From Dudresnaya verticillata (lineage: Eukaryota): DNA of 64,000 nucleotides. Position numbers and translations under genes: made by a program. The stretch lies in contig OZ374565.1 of the NCBI GenBank assembly GCA_977862235.1, positions 434,001 through 498,000 on the forward strand, in the 5' to 3' direction. Shown here in pieces: positions 12,464-25,621 of the stretch. A model generated the notes under the pieces. That model made no database searches. It saw nothing but the letters and a program-made list of their open reading frames with translations, and was not told the DNA's origin. The number at the start of each line of letters is the position of its first letter. Position 1 is the stretch's first letter.

Positions 12464-13192
12464 GAGGGTTGTAGAACGGGGAATGCAGAATCCGTATTAA
12501 GACAGCATGCATATACAAACGGGCTGTGCTGCGGAGAAGGACGAGGCTACTCAATACTGATACGGTAATTGATATTTTTTGACGGTAGATCCTCCATTTG
12601 TATGCTTTGCTGGGCCCTGCAACCCATTATATTACTTTTGGATAGCTTAAACAAACAACCGGGTAGACAACCCGAACACTCAATTTAGGAGTAGCTTAAT
12701 CAGGTAGTGCCTGGCCCCATTCCTGGGTGAGACCTTCTATTTTACCCTTTTCCTAGTATATTGTACAACATTTAGCCTTTCGCTACAGTACTATAAAGCT
12801 GCAGTGAATCGGGGAGCTGAAAACTTCCCGGCACCAAGAATGTTATCAAGAACACCAACCTCAGAAGCTTCAGCAACCCGCCGTCGCAGCCGCTACCCCG
12901 GCACGATACGCCCCAGCCCTCGGTGTGTGTCTCGAGCTACCGAGTACACACCGTCGAATAGGCCGATTATTATTTTTACAAGGCCCACCGGTCCGCCCAT
13001 CGGACCAACTCCAAGTCGATTCTACGACAGCCACGTCTTTATTAAAATCCAGAGGCAATAATTACATCTTTTGAATGGCTCCTGTCATCCCCATCAGTTC
13101 CTGACAACTCCTGTTGTGGCTGCGCCACTCCTAACACGCATCATGAATTTTTATGCGCGACCACTGTACATACACGTATACCATCAACAGGT

Positions 13193-13399
13193 GTGGCGTT
13201 TGTCTCGTCAGGTTCCGACGACGGATCAGTTCATGTGTGGGATTTGCGATCTCAAAGCCTATTGCTGGAGCGGAGGACGATTCACGCGCTGCCTTCAACC
13301 TGTGCCTTATGGAACCCGGTGTACCAAATGCTCACGACTTCACGCCAAAACGTTCTGTTTTGGTTGCCGGAAGGGCCGGACTCCTCTCCCGAGTACTAG
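13193..13399 (+). pseudogene. WD40-repeat gene fragment
   Basis: Translation AFVSSGSDDGSVHVWDLRS is a typical WD40 blade end. No intact upstream frame. Confidence 0.6.
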
Positions 13400-13684
13400 G
13401 TTGCTATATGTCCGAGGTTCGTGGCATGTTGATTCGTAGACCTACTGCTGTATCAAGTGTGTAGAAACTGTTGCCTCGAAAGCTTACTGCCAACTTCTCA
13501 TTGTCGATCGAGAATCTGTCGAACAAAACTGGCCCTGTTTTTATAAAGGCGTCATCGCCCCAAACTGTACAGATTAAGACGGTATGTCACGTTTCACCTC
13601 AACTACAACTTCTTCCTTGTTCTGGAAGCAGCTTCCCATCACATGGAAAGCTACAGCATACGGTCATTCCTTCTGCGCTTCTTA

Positions 13685-16600
13685 CTAAGAACTAGGCTTC
13701 ACACTCCAATGGACATAGTCGCGTGCCTGGTCCTTAACTAGAGCACGCTTCTCCTGGTCACCAAACTCTTTCTCAAAGTCCAACCACTTCTTGAAGACGA
13801 ACTTCATCTTCTTCGAACTGAGTTCTAATGTCGTACATCTTTCGAACAGTTTCCTGGTTACTTCCACACTCTCAGTGTTTCCGCCTTCGAGGTCTCTTCT
13901 GCAGTAGCTTGTCTGCATTTCCAAGTAGATACTCCACAGATCTAACCTCTTTGGAAAGTTGCCGACCAGGGACTCAAAAACTGTTCTACCACGTTCAGAT
14001 GAGCCAAACTTGTACTCAAACTGCGCGAACTTGCATATGACAGCGACATGTTTTCGCTTCTCAAGGCTTTTCAATGCTTTCTCTAGGCATTGTCGGGCTC
14101 CGGAGATATTCCCAGAACTGAAGCGGGCGTTTCCAAGTGATATCCACACCTTCTTTGAACCTCTGAATCGGCGACTGGCTCTCCGAAGGACTTCATCGGC
14201 CAGGCCAGTGCTCGAGGAACGTAGCACAGCTGCAGCCTGCATGTGAAAGCCCTTCATATCAGTGACACGCGCGCACCCGCGATCGAATACGCGAAACACG
14301 GCGGCGCCTCTCTTCGGACCAAACGCATCCGTAACGGTATCGCTTGTGGAATTTGATGCTCCAAACTGAGCTTCCAAGTTCAAATAAGCAATCCATACAT
14401 TCATTTGTCAGTTTCTTTTTGGAGACTTATCGTCTCCAGCGCTCGTTCGGCGATAGATCTCGCCTTGTTAACCTGAGATAGAGACCAACAAAAAGCCATG
14501 TATGGAATCCACAAAACCGATGAGTTCGGCTCTCCGACGAGTAGTCGTTCAAAATCCTCTGCTGTCTCGGGGGAGTCTAGGTTATTCGCAAGAGCCTCCT
14601 CGCGCATATTTTCGCTGTCTCTGTCGCCTCCTGTCGTTTTTCTCCCTTTTGTCCCGGGACTTGCGTTTTGTTTGCTCTCCATGACCTTCGTTTTCACCCT
14701 CCAACTCTGGTTCCTCGTCTTTCTCTTCACGCTTTGTCGCCAGTTCGTCATCTTCGGCAAAGTTGAAGCCTTGTCGAACTCTAAGTGGGGCAATTTGAGA
14801 TTTTCTTCGCCTTGAACAGTCGCTAGTTCGATGTCGCCACTCTCGACAGTACAGACATTAGCGCCGGAGCCCTCATCTGAGCCAGACGAACCCTCCAGTT
14901 CACTCTCTCTGTCATTGAATGGTTCGTCTCTGTCAGCATTGCTGTCTTCTCCATCCAAGATTCTCGGAACCATGTCAACATCTTCAGCACTCCTTAAGGC
15001 TGCTTGACGAGAGTTTTGGTTACTCTCAATAAGGGCATTCATATGGTCTTCATCAAGGCCAGCGGCTTCGAAGTAACATGTTTTGGTGCCAACCTTAACA
15101 CCCTTTTCATCGACTTTGATGACAATTGCGTTAACCGTCTGTCCTACACACCATTCCTCATTCGGGTTTTGAATGAAGCGATCCTGATCTACCTCAATTT
15201 TGTGCAACAACGCAGTAACTTTTTTGGATAGTTCAAGCACCGCGCCATAGTTTCCTATGTGCTTGACAGTCCCCGTCACCTTGGTTCCCTCCTGCAAGTC
15301 TTTGACAGCTGAATTCTCTTTCAATTTCTTCGTTGGGCGCTTTCGCAAGATGAGTGGAATACGTATCTCCCCGTTGTTACTCTTGGGTTTGCCGGCCCCC
15401 TTCAACAAGCATACCAACCAGAAATTATTCTTCCGGATCCTTGACATAGCCATCCGCGAGGTCACAAAGCAAAACCTGAGCAGATGCATTTCTTCCGACC
15501 GCTACAAAGTACCCTTTCTTGCTCACAACTCTAACAAACCCACGCATTTTCGCTCCCTCTTTGATCAACGGCATGGTGGCCTTCGTGACGAGTAGATCTC
15601 CACCGGAATCCGTGTCACTGGGTCTCACGGAAAGGAATATTGCCCCATCGGCTGAATCGGAATTCGAATCGAGCCCAACCTTCCGAACCCGAACGACGTC
15701 ACCTTTCTGAACTGTTTGCATCTTCTGAGCGACCTCACCGAAGTTTACCGCCATGTCACACAGACCTACGGTTCCAAGGGCGATATTTTTCGCCGTAGCA
15801 TCACGAGTGAACCACGGGATCTCCACTCGGAGCCCAACTCCTTGCATCACGGCTTGTACTATTCCGTGGAAGAACCCAGGGTCTTTGCCGTTCTCGGAGA
15901 GAGCGCCCCAAATCCGACCATTTTCTTTCTCCTCGACTTCGGTAACCATGCACACTACTTCAGATGCCACCTTTAAATCGATAGGGTCCCCTTGGACCCG
16001 GCAGCTTACATCCATACAGCATATCGATGCAGACGCGTTCACTGCCACCCGCGTATACGACTGGGTGCGGTCCTCAGACTTGCCAGAATTAGATTTGCGT
16101 AGGCGGGACGACAAGTGGGTTACGAACCCTACCACTTTGCTCCCTTTCGCAATCGCGTGATGCCTCGCTCGTTCTTCTGAAAGGGAAAGTTCAACCACCA
16201 CTGGGGTATTCTCTTCACCCTCGCACATGCGACGGCGAATCCCAGAAATGAAGGCATGTTCAACACGGCTTCCGTCCTTCGGTAGAACAAAACGAGTACT
16301 CAGATTGGCAGGGAGAACCCCAAGAGGCATCCCTAATGTTTCCTCCGGAGTGACAAAAGAATGATTGGTCCTGTGCAGATGCCCTACAACACCGCGCGCA
16401 ATCGCCACGAAGCTATGCAGCGGGAAAGTTCGATTTATCTTGCCTTTGATGTGTCTTCCTAGAACCTTCTGCTCCTCTACTAAAGATTGTCGAAGCAGTG
16501 TCAACGTATCGCCAGTTCTGTCATCGTTGTGTTGGGTTACCTTTTGAGAATGTCGTTGCTGACTCGCCCGAAAACATTTTCAGTCAATCATAACCAAGTT

Positions 16601-19600
16601 GCTTCGTATTTCTGCCTTAACCTTGTCGAGCACTGTGCAACGCACAGACGCGCCGAGAGTAATTGACAGCTTGACTGATACAGTGTAACGCCCTGCGCTA
16701 TAAGCGCATCCTTCCGCTCTGCGAGAAAAGTAGAGAGCGTACTAGAACCTATCTGGTCTAGTTGTCTGTGAGCCGTTGGAGTAGCCCAGCACAGGGTGAA
16801 AGGTCGCAGGTTCGAGTCTCCGAGCGGGAGGCTCGAGCTCTTTTTCCTGACGCGACGCTGCGACTCCGAAACTCGCTACAACAGGCGGACTTAGGGCGAA
16901 AGCAATAGCGCTCCTAGTCTTCGATCTAGCGACAGCTAGGATCAAGTAGGCACTCTTAACAAGCAGTATGGTTGCGCTGAATGGGCTTCCTGCATTCAAA
17001 ATGGACTTTCCCGCCCCTGCAACCACCTCTTCCTGTCTGGAAAGGAGGTCGATAACACCATAAAAGGGATCCACGTCCAAGACTCGGACGTTGTCTTCCT
17101 TTGATGCTTCACTGCGTTTGGTCTTCTCAGAAAATGCTGATTCTGTGCCGATGCAGGTAGCCAGAGGAAGAGCTTCATCTCTCATCGCTTCAGAGTCTGG
17201 CTGAGTGACATCAAGACATACACCGACTGCAGACTCACCAGCTGTCTGCAACTTGTAAATCACACCATAGCTGTGTTCTGCATGCACTCGCGCTTGCTCG
17301 ATTCATCCAATTGCAAACCCCTTCAACACACCTGTCTTGCCAAGGAGGTCTTGCCATTTCTCCAGTGAGCTGAACAACGACAAAGTGTCTGCCTCAAGAC
17401 CAGAAAACCCCACATTGGAGAGTCGAAGGGATAATGAAAAACGCTGTTTCTTCTCGTCGATATTGTCCACCACAGCTGCCACACTATTGTGAATCTGCAA
17501 AGCTCTAGAAGGGTCACTTAAAAAATGGTCGGCAATGCGAGAGATACGGGTGAAACCTAACGAATCCCCAAGGAACGCAACTATCGCCCCAGTACCCAAC
17601 AGCGCCTTAAGGTAGCCACGCAAAACTGGCTTCTGCTGATCGGTTGTCGTCCTTTCAACAATGCGCTTCACATCATTACAAGATTTTGGCAATAACCCTT
17701 GTGCTGAAGCGGTCTTCAGGCTTGGTTTGAGGGTAAGAACAGGCCTGTCTTCCGAAACAGAAAGGACCATCAGGTCTGACAAAGTGATAGGAGAACCTCT
17801 TTCTCCTTTCTGGGCTTTGCCAAGAAGGCTTAGAACTTCCTTGACTAGTTGCGGGGCAATCCCGGGGACGTCTGCAATATGTCCAAACGGCAGGTAGCAT
17901 TCCACACTGCCGTTAGAGCTTCCCGATTTTCCTTGCTCGGTGGCCTGGTCTTGAGGCCCACCCTTTGCGGCTGTGGTAACAGAATTAGATGGTACCTGTA
18001 CCGACACTATGAAATGTTTCGCTTGCTCATCTGCAGAGGTGATGTGGCCACCTACAACCTGACCCAGGCTAAGGGTCTTTTGTTGCAGAAGAGCCTGAAG
18101 CACCACGCAAATCCATAGAGATAGTGATGCGCCTTCGCGGAGAGTCAATCTTAGTTAGTTTGACAAACACTGTCTGTCCGACAGGGTATACTTCTTTGAT
18201 ATCTGCCAACTGCTCAGCTTGAGTCTTGTTCGTGTCAATGCAAAGCTCGCGAATTGGTGAAAGACCTGCCATGTCTTCACAAAAGCAACAAGAACAGACC
18301 CGAAATCCAACACTTTGATAACAGATCCCGTGAAAATGCCTTTGGTCGATCAGGTTCAACCAAGTCATCTTCGGATGATCTCCTTTTGCTAACGACAAGT
18401 GACTTCTCGGCCTGCTCGAAGGGAGTAAGAAGTGGATACTTCGGGGAAAATAGGGACTTCTTCGCAGATAAATAGGTCTTTCCCCTTCCCACGTCGATAC
18501 CAATGGCTCTGCAACGTATCGTTGCTCCTATCCGCAAATTCTCCAGCATGGCCATTCGCTTCGGGGTCATCGGTACAATAGAAAGGTGTGCTGCTTGGGT
18601 AATACCAAGCAGGTGCGAGTCACCAGCCACAGCTACCGTAACGGCACCCATCGTGGTGTGACTCATCACCTTGCAATCATACAAAGCGCCGACCTCAATC
18701 TCCTCAATGGAAAGAGCTTTGCGTGCCAGAATACTTCGTCGGAGGACGATGTTAACAAGCCCATCGAATCGTGGCACCGAAATAACCCTCGCACCATCTT
18801 CAACGATCATGCCGGGGTGGTACCTTGATTCGAGTTTGACATCTTTCGAGTCTGAAACTCTGCTTATGTGAGCAAACACTGGTACAGTACGTGCATTCCA
18901 ATATTATCCCCAGCGAATTTGGCAGTGTCTTCATCTTTAAGAGTTTCTTCTGCTCCTTCCGCACCGACATAGCTCATTATGAGGCCAGACCCGGGTTTCA
19001 CTCTTTCGACTTTCAGCCGTTTCATGAAACTGCCTATCTTCCACGACTGCGGCACTTCCCGAGGGCGTAGTTCGTCGACCAGCGAAGGTAGCAGTGAAGA
19101 GGCAATGCGCTTCTGCGAGGGGTCCACGTAGAAAATCCGCGCCGTTACCAGCTTGCCGACGTCAACATCCCATGTCCCATCCGCCCTTCGCGGAACATGG
19201 GACGCATCAACAGACAACTTGGACACCGAAAACGCAGTCAAGGCAACCCCCCAGGACCCTCCTTAACGACGCGTGCGGGAACTACCATACCGGCGGTGAG
19301 CTCACTGTACGTAAGCCCAGCGGTATCTTCAACGCACGCCTTGATAACCTTCTTCTTCAGTTCCGACACATTGACGACCACGGGCAACACTGGACCGTTC
19401 TTCCGTTTCTTCTTCCGAGATACATCCGCTTCCACAACAACTTCCACCGGACTACCCATGCGCAATTCCCCCTCGCTCTCGTCGAACGGAAGAAAGGCCG
19501 TGTGCGGCACACCAGACCCGAACGTCAATACATAACCATGGTCCTCAACCGAGCGCACAACTGCGTACAGCGGGGACCCGCGGCGCGTGACGCGCTTTTC

Positions 19601-19953
19601 GGACAGGCCGGCATTAACGAGCCCCGGATTCATGGAAACAGTCAGGGCGCGCTTTCCATGGGCATTATGCTCGTTCGAAACAACAGCCACACGCACAGTC
19701 TCCCCCGTGCTGACCGCCTCGCATAGGGCGAAGTGGACTGCGCAGAGAATTCTGTTCGGGTGACTACTGCGAGGAGAGTGACACCGGGGGCAAGATGGGA
19801 GTGTCTCAGCGAGAGGCCGGTGCGGGTTACAGGGAGCGGCGGGTCTGCGTGGTCCGCGGACGGATTTCGTCGTGCGCGTCGGGCGCGTACGCTTGGACAG
19901 AGGTCGCCTTCGGACGAGGGCCTCGGTGCTGGCTTGTTGCGTGATGGCGCCAT
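13685..19953 (-). pseudogene. RRP5: rRNA biogenesis protein RRP5 (tandem S1 domains plus C-terminal HAT/TPR repeats), multiply frameshifted
   Basis: C-terminal motifs PETAEDFERLLVGEPNSSVLWIPYMAF, KARSIAERALETI, NVWIAYLNLE, KFAQFEYKFGSSERGRTVFESLVGNFPKRLDLWSIY and KKMKFVFKKWLDFEK; S1 motifs VVRSVEDHGYVL and TGTVKHIGNYGAVLEL. Split into at least 8 ORFs. The ATG at 19953 (MAPSRNK) is tentative. Confidence 0.92.
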
Positions 19954-20701
19954 GTCGTCTCGGACGGGCGCGGGTTGAGGGCGTTGGGGGCGTCTGGGGG
20001 GTGAGCACACGGTTGGCAGTTGGGGGGGAGCAGGAGAGGATATGGTCGGATCAAAAAGCTGAAGGACGGCGAGACCCAAGCGAGAAGTGGGCAAACAACC
20101 CCAGTGGGGAAAAACCTTGAAAAATGTAGAACCGTCGTACCTGTCGGGAGTCGAACCCGGTTTCCGGAAATCAACGACAGCGCCGAAACCACTGTGCCAC
20201 ACGTCCGCCTCCGCGCGCGTATATGGGGCCGACGCGCCGGCGGTGGCGGAGACGATGTGATATGATTGAAATTACAGAGAGACTTGGCTTACACGATCTT
20301 GCGTGTTTAGCGGTGACTGGTTTCATTGCCGGTCCAATGATGTCCGTGTGTGTCGACTGACAAGATACACGGCAGGTCGGTTGCCCTTCGCCCTTCTCAT
20401 GATGTCAACAACTACGACTAAGCCTCAGCAACCTCTCGTTAGTTTCATGCAGTGCAGCAATTCAAACATGCAGTCCCTAACGTACACAGTGCGGTTCCAG
20501 AAAGCACATCATCGGAGCAGTAGTCCCACAATGAAAATGACTGGCACAACAAAGGAAATTTATTACGTGTAAAAGAGAAATGGTGAAGATAAATTCTTCA
20601 CGCTTACTTCAAAAGGAGCCCTACAAAGCTCCGAGAGTTGGGCTTTCTTAGACCCGTGCGAAAGGTGAAAACCCGCCGATTGTTCGATATCCATAACCTT
20701 G

Positions 20702-22450
20702 TTAAGCAAGCTTGAATACCACGCAGTAATTAGGAGAGTTCGAAGTTCCTCGGACACGGAAAATAACTTTCAGGCACTTCCTGTCAATCCTCTCGAACGG
20801 CCGCGGGTCAAAACGATTCGGCACAACCGCGTACTGCCCATAGCGGGAAGATGCCGCAAATAGCTTCCCTTTCGCTCGAGTCTCCTGGCCATTGGGTTTC
20901 ACAAATACAGTGCGCAATATTGCAGAGCGCAACACCCCGGGATGCCTCCCATCGAGCAAGTTCACAACAGGCGGTGTGAACTTCTTCTTGAATATCGGCT
21001 CACCAGGAATCAGAAACGCTGGAATCCCAGTCGGGAATGTATGGAATCGCAGCAAGCAGTGGTAGCTTGCGCTTCTACATGCGTCTTTAAGCGGTGCGGG
21101 TGTTGGGGCAGCAGCTCCCAAACAAAGATCTCCAGCCAACTTATTCACTTGCGAAGAGAGCACTGCGAATGAAGGTGCACGCAGAGCGAAGCTGGGACTT
21201 GATGCCAGATCTTCTAGGTACTTTCCGGCCACTCCGTTTCCAATTCCGACAGTAAGAATTGCTATTCCGTGACTCTTCACTGACGCTGATATATTGGTTA
21301 CCCGAGGAACGGCATTGTCCCTTCCGTCTGTTACCACGACGAGAAGTTTCGTCCCTTTCCTTGGGTGCAGATCATTGAAACATGCCTGAACACCAGCAAA
21401 CATGTTCGTGTATCCAATCGTCCCCTTCAGAGCTGCGATAGCAGGCATGAACTGTTGCAATCTCTGCATAGTCATAGTGCGGACCGATTTCGCCCGAATA
21501 TTGAAGGTGTGAGCAGAGTAATAAGCCATAGGACTCCTCAAGGCGACCTGCCTGGAGGTTTCCCGCACAAATTCCTTCTCCATTTCAAGTTCAGCGGCGC
21601 TCATCGATCGACTGTTGTCAATTGCGAAACAAACGTTGTCGACGGGGCAAGGCGTCGGTGATGGCGACACAGATGGGGTGACAGAGGTTGATGGGGTGGC
21701 AGAGGTTGATGGAGTCGGTGATGGCGACCCAGATGGGGTGACAGAGGTTGATGAAGTGGGTGAGGCAGTTGGTGTAATTGTAGGCGTAGGGCTTGTTGTC
21801 GGGCAGGGAGAAGTTATCGAGACTTGGCACGAAGCCTTCGTAGCTTGTTGAATGACAGAAGCCAAGTTTCCGAACCTTGCGTTGACGTAGAATGCCGGAC
21901 TGCTGGCAACTTGTTTCAGAAAGGCTTCGCTTATGCCACTGCCGATGCCTATTGTGACAATGGCAATACCACTGGTAGTCTTCATGGAATTGGCAATAGA
22001 TAGGGTTGGAAAAGGACCACTATCAACTCCATCAGTCAGGGCCACAACCACACGGTTTCCGACTGTTCCAACAAGCGACCTACAGACTGCTAAGCCCCTC
22101 CCAATGTTCGTTCCTCGAGCGATTTGGGTTGTGCTCTGGATTGCATTCTTGAAACTGGAAATGCTTGAGGTACTAGTAGACACCGTGCGAGCACTATCTG
22201 AAAAAGAAGCTGCGCTGTACTTAACAATTGCCCCTTGGTTTGCAGCAGCAACAGCATCAGCTAACGATGAAACAAAGCCCTTCTGCTCTAGAAATTGGGG
22301 GGAAGTGATCGATCCACTCTCATCCAATGCGAAACACACATGTTGAATGGAACAAGTCGTTGTCCCCGTTCCGCATGGCGGCGGAGATGCAGCTTTTGCG
22401 CTGGAAATGATTCCAAGCAAAACACAGAGCAAAGAAAAGAACGTCTTCAT
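20702..22450 (-). CDS. Secreted protein with two von Willebrand factor A domains and a Ser/Thr/Pro linker (582 aa)
   Basis: Signal peptide MKTFFSLLCVLLGIISSAKA; vWA1 CFALDESGSI...LTDG; vWA2 CFAIDNSRSM...VTDG (MIDAS DxSxS); mucin-like linker; Cys-containing C-terminal domain. Single uninterrupted ORF. Confidence 0.92.
   Translation of the reverse strand: MKTFFSLLCVLLGIISSAKAASPPPCGTGTTTCSIQHVCFALDESGSITSPQFLEQKGFVSSLADAVAAANQGAIVKYSAASFSDSARTVSTSTSSISSFKNAIQSTTQIARGTNIGRGLAVCRSLVGTVGNRVVVALTDGVDSGPFPTLSIANSMKTTSGIAIVTIGIGSGISEAFLKQVASSPAFYVNARFGNLASVIQQATKASCQVSITSPCPTTSPTPTITPTASPTSSTSVTPSGSPSPTPSTSATPSTSVTPSVSPSPTPCPVDNVCFAIDNSRSMSAAELEMEKEFVRETSRQVALRSPMAYYSAHTFNIRAKSVRTMTMQRLQQFMPAIAALKGTIGYTNMFAGVQACFNDLHPRKGTKLLVVVTDGRDNAVPRVTNISASVKSHGIAILTVGIGNGVAGKYLEDLASSPSFALRAPSFAVLSSQVNKLAGDLCLGAAAPTPAPLKDACRSASYHCLLRFHTFPTGIPAFLIPGEPIFKKKFTPPVVNLLDGRHPGVLRSAILRTVFVKPNGQETRAKGKLFAASSRYGQYAVVPNRFDPRPFERIDRKCLKVIFRVRGTSNSPNYCVVFKLA
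21646..21790 (-). repeat. Coding tandem repeat of the S/T/P linker (60-bp unit with 18-bp subunits)
   Basis: GTCGGTGATGGCGAC(A/C)CAGATGGGGTGACAGAGGTTGATG occurs twice, 60 bp apart. Confidence 0.85.
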
Positions 22451-22587
22451 GCTACCTCTTAAACAGATGGAGAGGTTGCGCTTACGAATTAAATCCCAGA
22501 AACGAAGCCAACACTCTGTGTGTCGGCCGATAACAGTCTGAACACTTTCCCTGAAGCCAGAGCCCCTTGAGTTCAGAAGGGTCTTAG

Positions 22588-22599
22588 TCTTATATACTG
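22588..22599 (-). promoter_or_regulatory. Putative TATA box of the vWA gene
   Basis: Minus strand reads CAGTATATAAG about 140 bp upstream of the ATG. Confidence 0.5.
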
Positions 22600-25036
22600 T
22601 CTTATTTGAAAGACTTCCCTGATATCTTAGATGTTACGTCGGAGCAGAAGTTTTCACCATCTATCGACACATTCAAGACGATAGGTTTATACCGACCACG
22701 GGTTTATTTAAAATGTTTATGTACCTAGTCAATCGCCAACGATTTCCTGCTTATTGCAGGTTTTTCTTAATAGAAGAAACAATGCCAATCGACTAGCGTT
22801 CTGCTTGTAACGTCGCCATGCCCCCCTCTGATGCAGGAAACTTGTTCGAAACTGTGAAGTGCTGCACAGTAAGGCACAGGAAGGTACGTAAAAGCAGCAA
22901 ATCTACAAAAAATGGTGCCTAGTCTTCCCATGGATTCAGAGAGGTCATTAGATAGACATCTGCGGGGAAGAGTAAGAAGGACATCCAAGTCTGTATAATA
23001 AATTGGCAAAACTGGCAATGCCGTAGTCCATAATTTAGGAAGCTCTTCGAAATGGTGAGGCACTGTTATGCATGCACTACATTTACAGGATGTGTAGAAT
23101 ATATAAGAAAGAACGCGGTCGTGGTGCATGAGATAACTCACAAACCTTATTGAAAATGCACATTTTACACAATGAGCCTCCAGAGAGACTGGTCACTGAA
23201 CCAGACTCGTTCATTACTGCAGGGAGGGTCGATGTAGAAAGCGAGAGACCGCGTTGGGGTATCTGCCTGATTGTAGCGCGGCATTGCTCACCATCTGTCA
23301 CAGAGTACAGTACGTCACTATCGCGAGCGCTGATTATTATATCCCGATTTTTTCTGCAATAAGTATTAAACGTGTTAGAATCCAGAAATGCATCTTTCGC
23401 TGCCTGTGGAACAGCAGTACCAAGAGGCAGTCAATCCGATGCATGGCGCTTATGTACAAAATGGCACCTCTGATTAAACTGGTAGAAGGCGTTTCTGCTG
23501 GGTATATACGTCACTTGCGGCGTAACAGAACTGCATTACCGCACAAATTGAAACCCGAACGGCGGGGCCTTAAAATAGCTGCTTCAGTACTCCTCGAGAT
23601 TCATCGACATGACCTATTGCAAACGGAGACCTGATTACAAAACAAGAAAAAAACAACAGGAGACTCAACAGGGGCGGGCTCACCCGTCCCCTGTAATTTC
23701 ATTATTGTATTGAGAGAGACCTTTATTAAAGAACAAGAGTTTATTGTACTGTGTAATCGGCAGGGGGTCTTCCTAGGACACATCTCTTTTCGCACATAAG
23801 CCCATCAATCGACCGTGTGAACGTTAAACAACAAATAAAATACAACAACACATAGAAATTGCTCTTGTTGCGAAACCAATCGACAGTTTTATAAAATGCT
23901 CACCCTTTTCTGCAACATGTCGTTTTAATTCTAATATTATTGCAATCTGTGTCGTTCTGTTGTCTACACTGCAGGATCGCGTGCTACGGCGTCGGTGGCG
24001 TCGAGAGCGGCGCGGCGCATTGTGCGCGGCGCGCGTGAGCGGGGCCGGCGGGGCGAAGGCCGCGCGCGAGCGACTCGCCGCCATGGTTGCTCGCGGTCGG
24101 ACGGGGGGAGGGGGCGGGGGGGACGCGCGAGCTGAGCTCGGCACGACGGGCGCGGCGCGAGGCTGATCTGCGCGTTGGGGCGGGGAGTGAGAGCTCGCGG
24201 CGCGGCATCGGCACGAACGGCGCCGCTGCGGTGCGCGGCGCGCGCGCATTGGTCGAGGCGCGGGGCGATTGGAGTGTTTCTGTGAAGGGTTCTCGCTGCC
24301 GCGTTGCACACGTGTATCGAGCGTTTCTTGTGTGACCTGCCATGAAGGCTTCATTGCAGGCATCGCGCAGACGCTCCTTGTGCCCACTATGCACTACCAC
24401 TCTCACAATCCGCGCAAGGTCCGGAATGCTGCAAAGTAGACCTCCGGAAGCATTCCCTCACTTACAAAACACCGGCACCCTCCGCGGCACCGCCTTCCTT
24501 TCGTTCACAGCACTTTCGATACCACCCCAATTCCACTTTTGTTAGTCGACAACTTTGCGTGCTTCCATGCTCCTCATTCCGCAGCCTGCTCAACCTCGTT
24601 CTATCACTCGGATCGACCATCTCATTCTTCAAACGTTCACCGAGGCAATAAAGTTGACAAATTCTCTCGAGTTCCTATTTTCAATACTACCCATGGGAAG
24701 CAAAACAATATCACTCCCATAAAGAGAGTCGCGAGATTTAGCTTTGCACCGCAGTAACCGTAGGCCCCTTCATTGTTCAATGCCAATTAACTCCAACAAA
24801 GGGCATGATGACCAACCTTAGTGGTCTTTCCATCATTTCCATTCAGAAAATCCATACCATAAGAATCCCCTCGACAGAGCTGCTCGCTCCCTTGTGCTTG
24901 TGCTACCTCATATCAACTCCCCATCCGATCCGACCCTGTAGCAACCTCCAACGTTTCCCGCATGTTCCTCGGCTGCAAGGGCTCGTCACTGAAAAAAGAA
25001 ACGGACTACCTTGCTTGACATAACTCTGCATCGATA

Positions 25037-25621
25037 ATGACTACTGATGCATGGCTTGAAAGACTCAATCCGGAGGAAGAAGAGGTCTACAACCTGATTA
25101 ACAGTGCCGAAGAGGAATATTTGCGATATTTATCCGCAAAGGCACATCACGCCCCGCTTCCCTTAGAAGAATATCATCTTGTCTATTCTGCGCTATCACG
25201 AGCACTACGATGCCAGCAGCGTCTGGTTCTACTTGGGGTCAACGTCATGGAAAACTTCTTGGCCTCCGGAACACTCAACATTGTTGAAAACCAAATCAAC
25301 CTCCACGCTGCTCCATCGCGTAGAATTTCGTATCCGCCATTGAGGAACAATGCGCAGAAAATTGCCAGTGATACGCAAATGAAGAGAATCCAGAACACAA
25401 AACATGCCTTCAAAGCCTACATCTTCGCGAAGGACACCAGTCAAAAGAATAACCTCATTGCACAGCACTACATCAAGGACGCCACCGAAAATCTGTTGAA
25501 GGTCATCAACGATTTGCATCAGATGTTCAAACTTGCGGGGAGGAAGGCTGAAGCGATACAAAAGTCGAAAGAAGCGCTTGGATACAATGAAAGTCGTATT
25601 TCTCGAGTCGAACGGCTGTAA
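25037..25621 (+). CDS. Hypothetical alpha-helical protein (194 aa)
   Basis: ATG-initiated ORF in relatively AT-rich DNA with protein-like, amphipathic-helix composition. No domain recognised. Confidence 0.55.
   Translation: MTTDAWLERLNPEEEEVYNLINSAEEEYLRYLSAKAHHAPLPLEEYHLVYSALSRALRCQQRLVLLGVNVMENFLASGTLNIVENQINLHAAPSRRISYPPLRNNAQKIASDTQMKRIQNTKHAFKAYIFAKDTSQKNNLIAQHYIKDATENLLKVINDLHQMFKLAGRKAEAIQKSKEALGYNESRISRVERL

Larger units (their letters stand above)
1..19840 (+). repeat. Segmental direct duplication, copy 1 (partner 44162-64000)
   Basis: Sequence and ORF track recur at +44161 (+44160 after the indel near 10176/54336), with roughly 30 differences seen by eye. Both copies run to the window edges, so the true extent is unknown. 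Confidence 0.98.

Noticed and set aside
13685..19953. Programmed frameshifting or introns rescuing RRP5
   Set aside because: Too many heterogeneous lesions, with no consistent slippery or splice signals seen.
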